In this document: positions 9,891 through 18,924 of the stretch, one piece after another | How the letters are laid out: each line of letters begins with the position of its first letter | Position numbering within the stretch: the first letter of the stretch is position 1 | IMG/VR virus record: IMGVR_UViG_3300037508_000348 | Strand: one strand, 5' to 3' | Origin: an uncultured virus (IMG/VR IMGVR_UViG_3300037508_000348) | Taxonomy: Duplodnaviria; Heunggongvirae; Uroviricota; Caudoviricetes | DNA: 64,000 bases | Notes under the pieces: model-generated | The model's input: the letters and a program-made list of their open reading frames with translations, nothing else | What the model was told of the DNA's origin: nothing | Database searches by the model: none | Position numbers and translations under genes: made by a program

Positions 9891-10784
9891 TCAATCGTCA
9901 GTAGCCCATGCGTCAATGAGGTTTTCCACCGATTCGCTTTTAACCGGCGCAGCACTTGCTTTCGACTTACGGACAACAGGCTCGTCTTCAACGGTCTCAA
10001 CCACTACGGGTTCTTCTCTGAACGGCGATGCCTTGGGTGCCGTGGCTTCAGCGGTCTTGGCTAAATCCATCTGCGCGGGGTTGAACGTGATAGCAGCTAA
10101 GGCTTCTGGGCTCTGGCCCTTTTCGACCACCGCAGCGATTTCGGCATCGGTCAAAGATCGTGCAGCGCGGAAAAATAGCTTGGGAGACTCTGCAGATTCA
10201 TCAAACCGCATCTCCGTCACGACACGAGTAATAGAGTAATTGAACCCTGCCAGATGCTTAACATACGCATCCAGTGCCATGTCGTCCTCACCCTTCGCCT
10301 TACCAAAGAGGGACGTAGCCGGAAGCGTTAGCTGGTAGACATCGCTGTTTTCTACATTGTTAGCTAATACTACCGCCAGCCTACGGCTGAAGCGACAAGC
10401 GCGCCCCTTGCCATTGGTGCCAGACCCAGCGATGTTCTTTGGGCAGTCTTCACAGGTATTACATTGAGGCGCAGGAGCTTTAGGATCAGGACGCTTGCCA
10501 TCATTCGACCAGCAATCAGGTAGGCCCACTGCGTTAGGATCAAAGGTCTTGGCATAGAAGGTACGGCTCACATCAGGAGCCGCGTTGACAATCACTACAT
10601 CCATCTCGGGCTTGGGGCTCCGCGCCGTCTCTTGACCATTGACGATCATACGGAACTTGGAACCCCGCAGAGAAATGCGCTTGTAGTTACCACCATTACC
10701 CAGCAGTTTTTTGGTTACATCGTCCAGACCTTGAGCGCTAGAAACAACAGAAGTCTGGTCACGGAAAAGCATTACATTAGACAT
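9891..10784 (-). CDS. Putative ssDNA-binding/recombination protein
   Basis: 297 aa; PDCWSNDG..C..C..N..GS...GRACRFSRRLAV motif, acidic C-terminus (WATDD), position in the replication module. Confidence 0.6.
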   Translation of the reverse strand: MSNVMLFRDQTSVVSSAQGLDDVTKKLLGNGGNYKRISLRGSKFRMIVNGQETARSPKPEMDVVIVNAAPDVSRTFYAKTFDPNAVGLPDCWSNDGKRPDPKAPAPQCNTCEDCPKNIAGSGTNGKGRACRFSRRLAVVLANNVENSDVYQLTLPATSLFGKAKGEDDMALDAYVKHLAGFNYSITRVVTEMRFDESAESPKLFFRAARSLTDAEIAAVVEKGQSPEALAAITFNPAQMDLAKTAEATAPKASPFREEPVVVETVEDEPVVRKSKASAAPVKSESVENLIDAWATDD

Positions 10785-10796
10785 GATATCTACCTA

Positions 10797-11207
10797 TTAA
10801 AGTTTTTTGGAAGGGCGGCGTACAGTGACGGAGTACGCACGGTCAGTATTCATACCCATTGGGAACACTTCGGGATTGTCCTCTAGGAAGTCCCGCATAG
10901 CCCCGTTGCTGATTCTCTTCTCAAGCAGGTATGGTGCTTGATGAGCATTGATGAACTGATACAAAGAGTCCCAGTCCGTCGTATAGTATTTAGTTGCTAC
11001 ACTCCTTATGATTGTCCCATGATTTGTTTTTATGCTTCCAGCACCTAGCTCTTCACAGAGCCTGTTCATCTCGGCTTGTAGCTCCTCCATTTTACCTTTC
11101 AGGACCGCTTCCTTCTCTTCGTTCTCTTTTTTCAAAGCGTAGTACGTGTCCCGCAGGTTCAAGAAAGCAGCAGCCAAGCTGTCCGCTGATAATTTTTCAG
11201 TCTCCAT
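10797..11207 (-). CDS. Conserved phage replication-module protein (coiled coil)
   Basis: Start moved to METEK (GAGG SD); SIKTNHGT..DWDSLYQFI..LLEKRIS pattern. Confidence 0.65.
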   Translation of the reverse strand: METEKLSADSLAAAFLNLRDTYYALKKENEEKEAVLKGKMEELQAEMNRLCEELGAGSIKTNHGTIIRSVATKYYTTDWDSLYQFINAHQAPYLLEKRISNGAMRDFLEDNPEVFPMGMNTDRAYSVTVRRPSKKL

Positions 11208-11274
11208 AATATCCTCGCGTAGTGTTGCGTGATTGCGTATCGACATCTCCCACATAACGTGTGGGGCCAGACAT

Positions 11275-11304
11275 ATTATACCAAGAATCAAAGGGTTACG
11301 TCAA
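11275..11304 (-). promoter_or_regulatory. Sigma70-like promoter
   Basis: TTGACG-N18-TATAAT with extended TG, upstream of the 11207 start. Confidence 0.65.
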
Positions 11305-12860
11305 ATATCACCTCCCAAAAAGTTTTTATACATGGACAACAAGTTGTTCTGTGCCAGTGTACGATCTTCCAGCGCCTTATACAACTGCTTCTCTACCCCG
11401 CTGCTGCAAAGGTGGACGACCAAACAAGGATTCCTCTGTCCTGCTCTGTGGACTCGGGCATTGGCTTGCAGGTACGTCTCCGCGCTAGTCGTGGGGGAGA
11501 ACCATATTACAGTATTTGCTGCCGTAAGTGTAACCCCATGCGCTGCTGCTTGTGGCTGAATGATAAGAACATGAGGCTCTGTGCTCTCTTGGAATTTTTT
11601 GAAAATCTCCGTTCTTCTCTTTGGGCTCACGCCACCATGAATGGCATCGCTAGAGACTCCGTGCTTCTTTAGAAACTCGCCTACGATGTCTATCGAATGC
11701 CGGAAAGCACAGAAGATCAGTGTCTTGTGAGAAGCCTGCTGTACAACATTTAGCATCTCGTTCAGCTTGTTGGAGGCATCGAACTGCACTGTCTCCCCCG
11801 TGTCAGCATAGACTGCTCCGCTTGAAATCTGTAATAACTTACCCAACTGTACTGCGGCATTGACTGCGGAGACTTCCTCTCCCGCCGCTTGTATTAGCAT
11901 ATCCTTACGTAGCTTCTTGTAGTATTTCTCCTGTTGTGGAGTCATCGGTACTTCGTATGTGGTATACAACTGCTCTGGCAGGTCTAGGCACTCCTCTGTT
12001 GTATAACGAATCGCCGGTTGGAGTACGCTGTGTACGATCTCCTGAGCATCAGGCTTTGGAATCCATTTGAACTGATTGATTTTTATCATCACCTTGTCTC
12101 TGAACGCACCCGCATAGGAGGGCACAGCGCTAGGATTGACGATCTTTGCCTGCCCGTATGCGTCCTCTGGCGACTGCGCTGCTGGAGTACCTGTCATGAG
12201 CCACACCCATGTGTCAGCCCCAATCAGAGAGTTAAAGGCTTTCCATCGTCTTGTCTTGGCATTCTTCAGGTAGCTCGACTCATCGGCAATAATCAGATCG
12301 AACCCGCCTACCACTAGCTCGTCTCGCACCACTTCAACCCCGTCATAGTTGATGATGACAAAATCGTAGCTGCCCTTGATTACCTGAATCCGCTGGTCTC
12401 TGGAGCCGTGAGCGATGCCTACTCTTCGGTGCATAACCGTCTTGAACAGATCAGAGCGCCATGCACAGTCCATGATAGACAGAGGGCATACGACCAACAC
12501 TCTGCGAATCGCCCCCATACTTAGCAGATAGTCAGCCGCCCACGCTGCCGCATTCGTTTTCCCGCTGCCCATAGCGTTCAAGCAAAAGGCCCGCTTGTGA
12601 ATCGTCAGAAATGCTGCTGTGTCTTTCTGATGAGCGAACGGTTTGTATACCCCCGGCCATTGATAGTGCCCCAGTATAGGCGACAGGGGTTTCTTGAAAC
12701 CAAGATTTTTGAGGATGACAGCATTGCCAAGGTCCCACGACACTAATACTTCTGAGATACCCTCTTGCTCTCCAATCACCTTGGACTTCTGTATTACCTG
12801 AGTTATTTTTTCTGGGTTACGAGTACGCACTAGTAAAGCACTGTTATGCACAATTTCCAT
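11301..12860 (-). CDS. SNF2-like SF2 DNA helicase
   Basis: GSGKT, IIADESS, LMTGTP, HGVTLT, QANARVHRAGQ. Confidence 0.9.
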   Translation of the reverse strand: MEIVHNSALLVRTRNPEKITQVIQKSKVIGEQEGISEVLVSWDLGNAVILKNLGFKKPLSPILGHYQWPGVYKPFAHQKDTAAFLTIHKRAFCLNAMGSGKTNAAAWAADYLLSMGAIRRVLVVCPLSIMDCAWRSDLFKTVMHRRVGIAHGSRDQRIQVIKGSYDFVIINYDGVEVVRDELVVGGFDLIIADESSYLKNAKTRRWKAFNSLIGADTWVWLMTGTPAAQSPEDAYGQAKIVNPSAVPSYAGAFRDKVMIKINQFKWIPKPDAQEIVHSVLQPAIRYTTEECLDLPEQLYTTYEVPMTPQQEKYYKKLRKDMLIQAAGEEVSAVNAAVQLGKLLQISSGAVYADTGETVQFDASNKLNEMLNVVQQASHKTLIFCAFRHSIDIVGEFLKKHGVSSDAIHGGVSPKRRTEIFKKFQESTEPHVLIIQPQAAAHGVTLTAANTVIWFSPTTSAETYLQANARVHRAGQRNPCLVVHLCSSGVEKQLYKALEDRTLAQNNLLSMYKNFLGGDI

Positions 12861-12910
12861 ATTCCCTTATCCACCGCTTGAGGAGCGGCAACCTGTTAAA
12901 ATCGAGACAG

Positions 12911-13150
12911 TTAGAGGATGTCGTAAGCGTCTTCTATATCCACTGTCGGCCTAAGCAGCTCTAGCACATCCAGCTTGTGTATCTCAGGGTCATGCACCCA
13001 GTTTCGTACTGTCTTATAGCAGTGTTTGCGCTCTCGCTTGGCTACAGCAAACGTAAAGTTTATGAACTGCTCTATATACCGCTCTACTACGTCATTGGGT
13101 AGCCCAGAGTTTGCGGCTATCTGTCTAACGGCTGTTGGTGTAACTCTCAT
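12911..13150 (-). CDS. Hypothetical protein
   Basis: 79-aa ORF coupled (ATGA) to the upstream gene. Confidence 0.6.
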   Translation of the reverse strand: MRVTPTAVRQIAANSGLPNDVVERYIEQFINFTFAVAKRERKHCYKTVRNWVHDPEIHKLDVLELLRPTVDIEDAYDIL

Positions 13151-13434
13151 TTTTTCTTCTTGGGTGCGTCATAAGTCGCCGCTGGCTTGTGATTGCTGGA
13201 ACGCTTGAAGCTACGGTTTTCAGAAGGAGATGCTAGGAAAAAACCATCCTCATTACCCCCGCCTTTCGAGAGGTTCTTCTTATGAGCGATGTCCTTACCT
13301 TTGCGGTTTACCCCCTCCTTGTCCAGCTTCCTACGTAGTGTCTGACGGGCCAGCTTAGCCTTCAGCACACCCCCATCTTTCTCTTGGCGGGCTTTCTCGT
13401 TTTCCCAGTCTCTTCGATAATTTCTAGCCATCAC
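13147..13434 (-). CDS. Small HNH-like protein
   Basis: GKDIAHKKNLSKGGGN..ASPSENRS minimal HNH-like pattern. Confidence 0.6.
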   Translation of the reverse strand: MMARNYRRDWENEKARQEKDGGVLKAKLARQTLRRKLDKEGVNRKGKDIAHKKNLSKGGGNEDGFFLASPSENRSFKRSSNHKPAATYDAPKKKK

Positions 13435-14108
13435 AGACTCCCATTATGAGGACATGCTGTCCTACAGAAACGCTTGCAAAGCCCATTAGGTTTAGGATTC
13501 CACACGTTTGTATTATAAGCCATTTCTCTTTGCGTCAACAGCCCATGCAGGTCAGCAAAAATCTCGAATGCCTTATCACGAGTGTATTCTGACTTGATGA
13601 AATCGCCAGACACAACGAACAGCAGGCCCGCCTTAATCTTCTCTAGCTCGGGGTACTTGGCAAACAAACACGCTGCCATCAATGCTAACTGCCGTGGGTC
13701 TGCATACCGTGCATTCTTATTGGTCTTGTAGTCTACAAGCCATCCCTTGGGTCCATCGACAATAACAAGGTCAGCAACACCGCGAAACCAAACATCTCTA
13801 TCTTTGAAACCACAAGCAACAAATCTTCCATCTTCTTTTTTCAACCCTACCTGCAACTCACATATCTTTTCGCCGGGGATAGCGTTCAGCTTTTTCAAAT
13901 AAGGAAGCACAAACTCAAACCGGGGAGGGACAGGTTTGCCATCCCTTATGTACTCTTCACACGCCAGATGAAGCTCCTTGCCGTAGATCGTAGCGTCGCT
14001 ATCTGTGTACTTTACTTCCTTGGTAACTCTCTCGCTCTCGTACTTGCGATGGCAGGTGTCGAAGAGCTTGATGCTGCTGTAGCTCCATGCTGGCGGTGTT
14101 TTACTCAT
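13431..14108 (-). CDS. Cas4-like PD-(D/E)xK exonuclease
   Basis: WSYSSIKLFDTC, G.ELH, RGVADL, VDYKT, QL, C-terminal C..FC...CPH. Confidence 0.85.
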   Translation of the reverse strand: MSKTPPAWSYSSIKLFDTCHRKYESERVTKEVKYTDSDATIYGKELHLACEEYIRDGKPVPPRFEFVLPYLKKLNAIPGEKICELQVGLKKEDGRFVACGFKDRDVWFRGVADLVIVDGPKGWLVDYKTNKNARYADPRQLALMAACLFAKYPELEKIKAGLLFVVSGDFIKSEYTRDKAFEIFADLHGLLTQREMAYNTNVWNPKPNGLCKRFCRTACPHNGSL

Positions 14109-14488
14109 TTTCCCCGTTCGCTATCTACTGTGTTTATGGCTTCAACTGTGGCTCTTAGTAGAGAATCCACAACGCCCCTTTCAAGCCTTCCTCTAACTGA
14201 TATAACTACATGATCTGAAACGGGGTACGTTGTGCCATCTATTGTTACAGATATGCTATCTTCAGCCTCAGGGTATGTTTGTTCTATGTAAAAAGCTAAA
14301 TTAGTAGGGAAGGCGGTTTGTGAATGAGAGTGATCGTAGATGCGATCAAATTTTCCTTGTATCAGACTGAATGGTGTCTTTACACGTATACACGGTGTAG
14401 ATAAAGAGGTGTTAGTTTTTGTAAGCCTGTCTATGTCGATAGTGGTTGCCCAACCATTTCTTATTATAGGTATTTCGCTCATTTTCAC
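14105..14488 (-). CDS. Hypothetical protein (AT-richer accessory gene)
   Basis: 127-aa ORF overlapping both neighbours by 4 nt. Confidence 0.55.
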   Translation of the reverse strand: MKMSEIPIIRNGWATTIDIDRLTKTNTSLSTPCIRVKTPFSLIQGKFDRIYDHSHSQTAFPTNLAFYIEQTYPEAEDSISVTIDGTTYPVSDHVVISVRGRLERGVVDSLLRATVEAINTVDSERGK

Positions 14489-17313
14489 TTCTCCAGTTTC
14501 TTCATCTTAAATGACAAGTCCTCACCGTACCCCCCTTCAGCGTCCAGCGGCATGTTAGGTAGCCATGCTGGAGCCTTGCGTAGCTCAGTGATAATATCTA
14601 TCCGCGCTTGGTCTGCCTCTTCTGCACGGACGGCACAGTATAGCGCATCATGGATCGTAAGGCCAATAGGATACCGTTTGTGGACCCTGACCATCGCCTC
14701 ACCCATCACACACCTAGCCAAAGCCTGAATGATGTTCTGATAGCACTTGGCCGGATGTATGTGGACCAACCCTTTTCTCGTGCCATATACCCATTGTTTC
14801 CGGCCTTGCTCATCTTCGGTAATCTTGAGGTCGGGGTATGCCATAAACAGGCCGGAGGGTAAGCGAATGCCCCTCCTACCCAGCACATCCAACTTCAACT
14901 CCCCTAGCCCTATCGTGATGGCTTCATTATTTACGATAGCCTCAAGTGCTCTTCCTGCATCGTACCAAGCGGCTCTGACCTGCGAGTAATCTTTGCGGTA
15001 GATGTTTACCACGTTTTGAGAGAATTCTTCTCCAATATCCCTACCTGACAGCATCTTGCATTGGGCTCTTAGCTTCTTGGCTCCCGTGCCATAAATCAAC
15101 GCCAAGCAGTTAGAAACCAGCAAATTGTTCACAGTGAATCTATGCCTTGGCCCTGCATTTAGGATGTCATAGACTCTAACCTTTCTTTCAACCCTTTCCA
15201 GTTTTTTCTCTTGTGTGCTACTGCATCCCACGCTGTTTGTATTATCTCTTCGCCAGTCAATCCCTGTTTGGCATACTTCATAACAGTGCGTATCCGGGCG
15301 TAGGGGTTTTCTTTCCATTCGGATGCCAGAATTTTCTCTCCTTTCCATAGTATGTAGAACGTATTGCGCCGATTGCTGACTTGTTCCTTCTGCGTAGCAA
15401 AACGAAGATTGCCGCGAGTGTAGTGCCCCTCGTTGTCTATGCGATCCACAGATAAATGTATGGAACAATTTGGCAGCGTCTTCAAGTAGTCCACGCACTC
15501 TGCAATCGAATCGAACTCGAATCGAATCCCACGCCCCCCATAATTTTGGAATCCCTTGTCGCGCTCGTTTTTGCAGCGTTGGTACATGGCGTTTGCCCTC
15601 TTCTGCAGTCGCGCTGTTAACTTGTCCCCAACGTGCAAATGCCCCGCATTTTGATGGACTCTTCTTAATGCACATGGCTTGCAGGAACGTGATAATCCCC
15701 GATCTAATGACCCCTGATGCAGCCATTTCACCAAGCCGCAGTCGCAGCGCGCTTGGATCAGTAAGCACTGCCTCTTGCCACTCCTTCGTATTTCGGTGCT
15801 GATTATGGTCCACGCATTGAAGCGCTTTCCCTTCATCTCCGGTGACAATGATACGCGCTCTTTTGTCGGCGGCGAACCCGAACTCGCAGGACGTACCATC
15901 TTCCAGATAAACGATATGGTCTGATGTGGCTGTGAGTCCTTGATAGCTGATGACATTTCTTTCTCCCATGTATGCCACCCCGTCGTGGCAAACCCATTCT
16001 ACCCCATCCCATACTTTATCGTCCAACAAAATGTTTTGTATCGGGATGAGTCCCCTGTCGGTCAGCACTAACTCTCCTTCCGCGATACATGCTGTTTTGC
16101 CTACAAAGCGTTGGTCATCATCTACACTCTCATAGGCCACATCAAATGCCTTAGAAGCAAAATCCTTATATAGATCAAGCCCATCACCCAGCATCTCCAG
16201 CTTATCCATCTGCCCCGCAAAAGCCAGACCCACACGTAGCTCAATGTTCGATAAGTCAGCACCGACAATGCTGTACCCCATAGGAGCGATGATAGCTTTC
16301 TTTAGCTTTGACCCCCTTGGTATGTTCTGAAGGTTAATCGAATCAATGGCACTCCAGCGCCCCGTAATTGCACCGTAGTATTTCAGCGGTACGGGCAACG
16401 CACCACCTGCCTCATGGATTCTTATGAATCTCTCGGTTCTCGTCTCTTCGATGGTGCTCTTTACCCCAAGTCTAGCGGCTACAATCGCTTGAACAAAGAT
16501 GTTTTCATGCTCCAGCAACGCCTTGAACGCTTCATCCCTCTTGGCGAAAGCATAGGTTTCCTCACCTGTTGTCGGGCTTATTTTAGTCGGAGGCTCTACA
16601 CCAAAATTCTTTAAGACCTCAGCCAGCTTGGGGTTGCTCATCAGGTCATCTTTTACGATGCCGCATTCGTCCAGTAGCTGCTCCTTTCTTTGCCTTACAT
16701 TTTGCAGATGCTCCTCAAGAATGCCTCTGTCTAGCTCGAACTGCGGCATGGTGTGCATCTTGATCGTCATGTCGATCAACGCGATCTCGGTCTTGTCAAA
16801 AGATGAAGCCAGTTGTCGAAACAAATCATAAGTAAGGGCGACATCGTTTTTACAATACTCCCCATACCGAGCCAATTCCGCTTCACTAAAGTCTGCCCTA
16901 CGCTTACCCATAGCATCGACCACTTCAGTACCCTTCACCCCTAGGTTGTAGCGTTCAGCCAACTTAGCTAGCGAACCTCCAGCATCCACGCCGTGTACAG
17001 CACGGGCCATTGAAAGGGTGCAAAGCAGAAGTTTTGGGTATATTCCGAATTTCCACGCTAAGATCGTGGCATCAAATAGAGCATTATGCATCAGAGCAAA
17101 GGAGCTCTCCCAATCAAACTGCTTCAGCCAGTCTTTAGTCTCCTCATGAGTGCCGCTAAACCATTGTGGCTCTTCGCTATTTTTCTTTACTGATACACCG
17201 ATTACCTCAAACCTCTCATCGTCAATGTAGCTCTGAGTAGTTGTGTCTTTCTTGGATAGGGAATAGTCTTTACTCCACGCCGTTTCAAAGTCAATCGAAT
17301 ATACGTCCATCAC
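14485..17313 (-). CDS. Family A DNA polymerase precursor containing an intein (mature protein about 615 aa)
   Basis: Exo motifs DFET, HNALFD, YCKND; TGRWS, NLQNIPR; motif A DLSNIELR; motif B RFVGKTA|CLALIYG split by the intein; motif C TIHDA. Confidence 0.95.
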   Translation of the reverse strand: MMDVYSIDFETAWSKDYSLSKKDTTTQSYIDDERFEVIGVSVKKNSEEPQWFSGTHEETKDWLKQFDWESSFALMHNALFDATILAWKFGIYPKLLLCTLSMARAVHGVDAGGSLAKLAERYNLGVKGTEVVDAMGKRRADFSEAELARYGEYCKNDVALTYDLFRQLASSFDKTEIALIDMTIKMHTMPQFELDRGILEEHLQNVRQRKEQLLDECGIVKDDLMSNPKLAEVLKNFGVEPPTKISPTTGEETYAFAKRDEAFKALLEHENIFVQAIVAARLGVKSTIEETRTERFIRIHEAGGALPVPLKYYGAITGRWSAIDSINLQNIPRGSKLKKAIIAPMGYSIVGADLSNIELRVGLAFAGQMDKLEMLGDGLDLYKDFASKAFDVAYESVDDDQRFVGKTACIAEGELVLTDRGLIPIQNILLDDKVWDGVEWVCHDGVAYMGERNVISYQGLTATSDHIVYLEDGTSCEFGFAADKRARIIVTGDEGKALQCVDHNQHRNTKEWQEAVLTDPSALRLRLGEMAASGVIRSGIITFLQAMCIKKSPSKCGAFARWGQVNSATAEEGKRHVPTLQKRARQGIPKLWGAWDSIRVRFDCRVRGLLEDAAKLFHTFICGSHRQRGALHSRQSSFCYAEGTSQQSAQYVLHTMERRENSGIRMERKPLRPDTHCYEVCQTGIDWRRDNTNSVGCSSTQEKKLERVERKVRVYDILNAGPRHRFTVNNLLVSNCLALIYGTGAKKLRAQCKMLSGRDIGEEFSQNVVNIYRKDYSQVRAAWYDAGRALEAIVNNEAITIGLGELKLDVLGRRGIRLPSGLFMAYPDLKITEDEQGRKQWVYGTRKGLVHIHPAKCYQNIIQALARCVMGEAMVRVHKRYPIGLTIHDALYCAVRAEEADQARIDIITELRKAPAWLPNMPLDAEGGYGEDLSFKMKKLEK
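15109..16089 (-). mobile_element. Intein, 327 aa (residues 409-735 of the polymerase precursor)
   Basis: Block A CIAEGELVLTDRG, block B LTATSDHIVY, blocks F/G VYDILNAGPRHRFTVNNLLVSN, +1 Cys; removal restores motif B. Confidence 0.92.
15159..15956 (-). CDS. HNH homing endonuclease nested in the intein in a different reading frame
   Basis: ARCDCG..SCKPC..AMYQRC..NYGGRGI..SVDRIDNEGHYTRGNLRFATQKEQVSNRRN; GGAG SD 6 nt before ATG 15956 (alternative ATGs at 15899 and 15836). Confidence 0.88.
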   Translation of the reverse strand: MSSAIKDSQPHQTISFIWKMVRPASSGSPPTKERVSLSPEMKGKRFNAWTIISTEIRRSGKRQCLLIQARCDCGLVKWLHQGSLDRGLSRSCKPCALRRVHQNAGHLHVGDKLTARLQKRANAMYQRCKNERDKGFQNYGGRGIRFEFDSIAECVDYLKTLPNCSIHLSVDRIDNEGHYTRGNLRFATQKEQVSNRRNTFYILWKGEKILASEWKENPYARIRTVMKYAKQGLTGEEIIQTAWDAVAHKRKNWKGLKERLESMTS

Positions 17314-17609
17314 ATTCTCTTCCTTACTTCTTCTTGCAGTAGTGTTTTCAATTCTCCAATGTTCTCCTCATTTATAATGAGGGCGATCCCACCAGCGTCC
17401 CTTATTCTTCGCAACTCTCTGTCCTGAAGGGCGGTCGTCTTGCCCTTTCCTGCCTTTGCTTCGATACCGAAAAAAATGCCATGTAGACATCCGACGATAT
17501 CGGGTACACCATTCTGTGAGTAAGCACCGCCAATAGGGGAGAAACTGTAGCATTGTAAGTCCTTTAGTATGTTCTTAATTTGGGCCTTGACCTTGGCTTC
17601 TGGTGTCAT
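17310..17609 (-). CDS. VRR-NUC domain nuclease (Holliday-junction resolvase-like)
   Basis: MTPEAKVK..GVPDIV..GIEAKAGKGKTTALQ. Confidence 0.85.
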   Translation of the reverse strand: MTPEAKVKAQIKNILKDLQCYSFSPIGGAYSQNGVPDIVGCLHGIFFGIEAKAGKGKTTALQDRELRRIRDAGGIALIINEENIGELKTLLQEEVRKRM

Positions 17610-17611
17610 TG

Positions 17612-18289
17612 TTATACCCCTTTCCCCATCAGCACGTCCCATGACTCAGGGAAAAGCTCATCCATTATCAAACTGATTCTCTCCGCTACATCACGGGTTT
17701 CCTTCTGGGCGTGAGGGTCGAGGCGCAGGTTACACACCCTAGCGAAGAAATACAGGCTCCCTGTCCACACCCATGAAGTCTCGCTGCACACTGGCAATAT
17801 CGCCCGCGCTTGTTCAGCGCATACACCCATCAGCAGTAAATCCTCGTACAGCAGCCTAGTCCTTTTAGCCCAGTTGTCTATCTGCTCTTGCATAGAGGGG
17901 TCTATAACAACCAACTCATCACTACTCCCCTGCTTCACATTACTTGCAGCTTTTCTCCATCTGGTCGGGGTATCAAAGACTGGCGTGTACTTTACATATC
18001 TTCTGCTAACTTCGTTCTCTGTACCGCCAACCTTGTGCTTATAGAGTTGTGACCTGACGTACAGCGGGGCCGTGATGCGAAGGGATATTTGAGGATGACT
18101 GAAGGGGGTCCAATGGTTGTTCTCTGCTAGGTAGCGCAGGAGCTTTGCATCTTTGTTGTTCAGTACGTTTTTGACGGTGCCATCGGCGTCTTTCATCATG
18201 ACCCATTCTGATTTCTTATCGAATGACACTCGTGCGGCATCAATTACGCTTAGGTCTGATCCCATGTATTCAAGAAGTTCTACATTCAT
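17612..18289 (-). CDS. thyX: Flavin-dependent thymidylate synthase
   Basis: AARVSF, HWTPF, QLYKH..NEVSRRY, EQARAILP, LRLDPHAQKETR. Confidence 0.9.
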   Translation of the reverse strand: MNVELLEYMGSDLSVIDAARVSFDKKSEWVMMKDADGTVKNVLNNKDAKLLRYLAENNHWTPFSHPQISLRITAPLYVRSQLYKHKVGGTENEVSRRYVKYTPVFDTPTRWRKAASNVKQGSSDELVVIDPSMQEQIDNWAKRTRLLYEDLLLMGVCAEQARAILPVCSETSWVWTGSLYFFARVCNLRLDPHAQKETRDVAERISLIMDELFPESWDVLMGKGV

Positions 18290-18298
18290 CTCATTCTC

Positions 18299-18520
18299 CT
18301 AGTGGACCATTACAGTTTCTTCGTCGATGTGCTCTGCTCTCCATGCAGCGATGTCTACAGCGTTGTTTACTTCGTGGGAGTTTCTACATTTAGCCACAAA
18401 AGAATCGCTCTCCACCATGATGTACAGGGTATCGCCTTCATTATCGTAGACGGGTGCAATCAACACCTCGCCTGTGAGCACAAACCTCCATCGCTTAGCA
18501 TCGGTATCATCTTCAGCCAT
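18299..18520 (-). CDS. Hypothetical protein
   Basis: ORF in a tightly packed minus-strand array. Confidence 0.55.
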   Translation of the reverse strand: MAEDDTDAKRWRFVLTGEVLIAPVYDNEGDTLYIMVESDSFVAKCRNSHEVNNAVDIAAWRAEHIDEETVMVH

Positions 18521-18728
18521 AGCGTTCTCGTATTCTTTGCTTCTGTTCTGGGGTAAGTTTAGGGAGTGGACACCAAGCCACTATAGTCTTATCCGTCTTG
18601 TCCCAGCACCCTGCGTAGCCATTTCCATATTTAGATATCAGCCATATTTTTGTACATAGCGGCGGTTTTTCGTCCTCGATCATTCTTGGTATAGGGCCAA
18701 GCTCCGCAAGATATTTAGGCGGCTCCAT
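18513..18728 (-). CDS. Hypothetical protein (DUF551-like AWCPLP ending)
   Basis: IVAWCPLPK motif; packed array. Confidence 0.55.
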   Translation of the reverse strand: MEPPKYLAELGPIPRMIEDEKPPLCTKIWLISKYGNGYAGCWDKTDKTIVAWCPLPKLTPEQKQRIRERYG

Positions 18729-18924
18729 CTTCTTCGATCTCTGTTGGCTCTGGGTTCAGCACCTTTCGCATGGCATCCACACAGGTAGCGCAGATGTTGG
18801 CATTCAATCCATTCACCAAGAAGCTACCGAACGCTTTCGACTTTGGTACACCGCAGAAGGAACAGGAAATCTCCGGGGTGGGTGTATTCTCACCCGCATC
18901 AAATTCAATTATTTCTGCTGTCAT
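18715..18924 (-). CDS. ClpX-type C4 zinc-finger protein
   Basis: CSFCG...NANICATCV; start reassigned to MTAEII. Confidence 0.7.
   Translation of the reverse strand: MTAEIIEFDAGENTPTPEISCSFCGVPKSKAFGSFLVNGLNANICATCVDAMRKVLNPEPTEIEEDGAA

Noticed and set aside
15159..15956. Group I intron or sequencing frameshift as the explanation for the nested HNH
   Set aside because: The polymerase frame is uninterrupted and has complete intein blocks at both ends.
17990..18060. ThyX signature reads KHK rather than RHR
   Set aside because: Conservative variation; the remaining ThyX motifs are intact.
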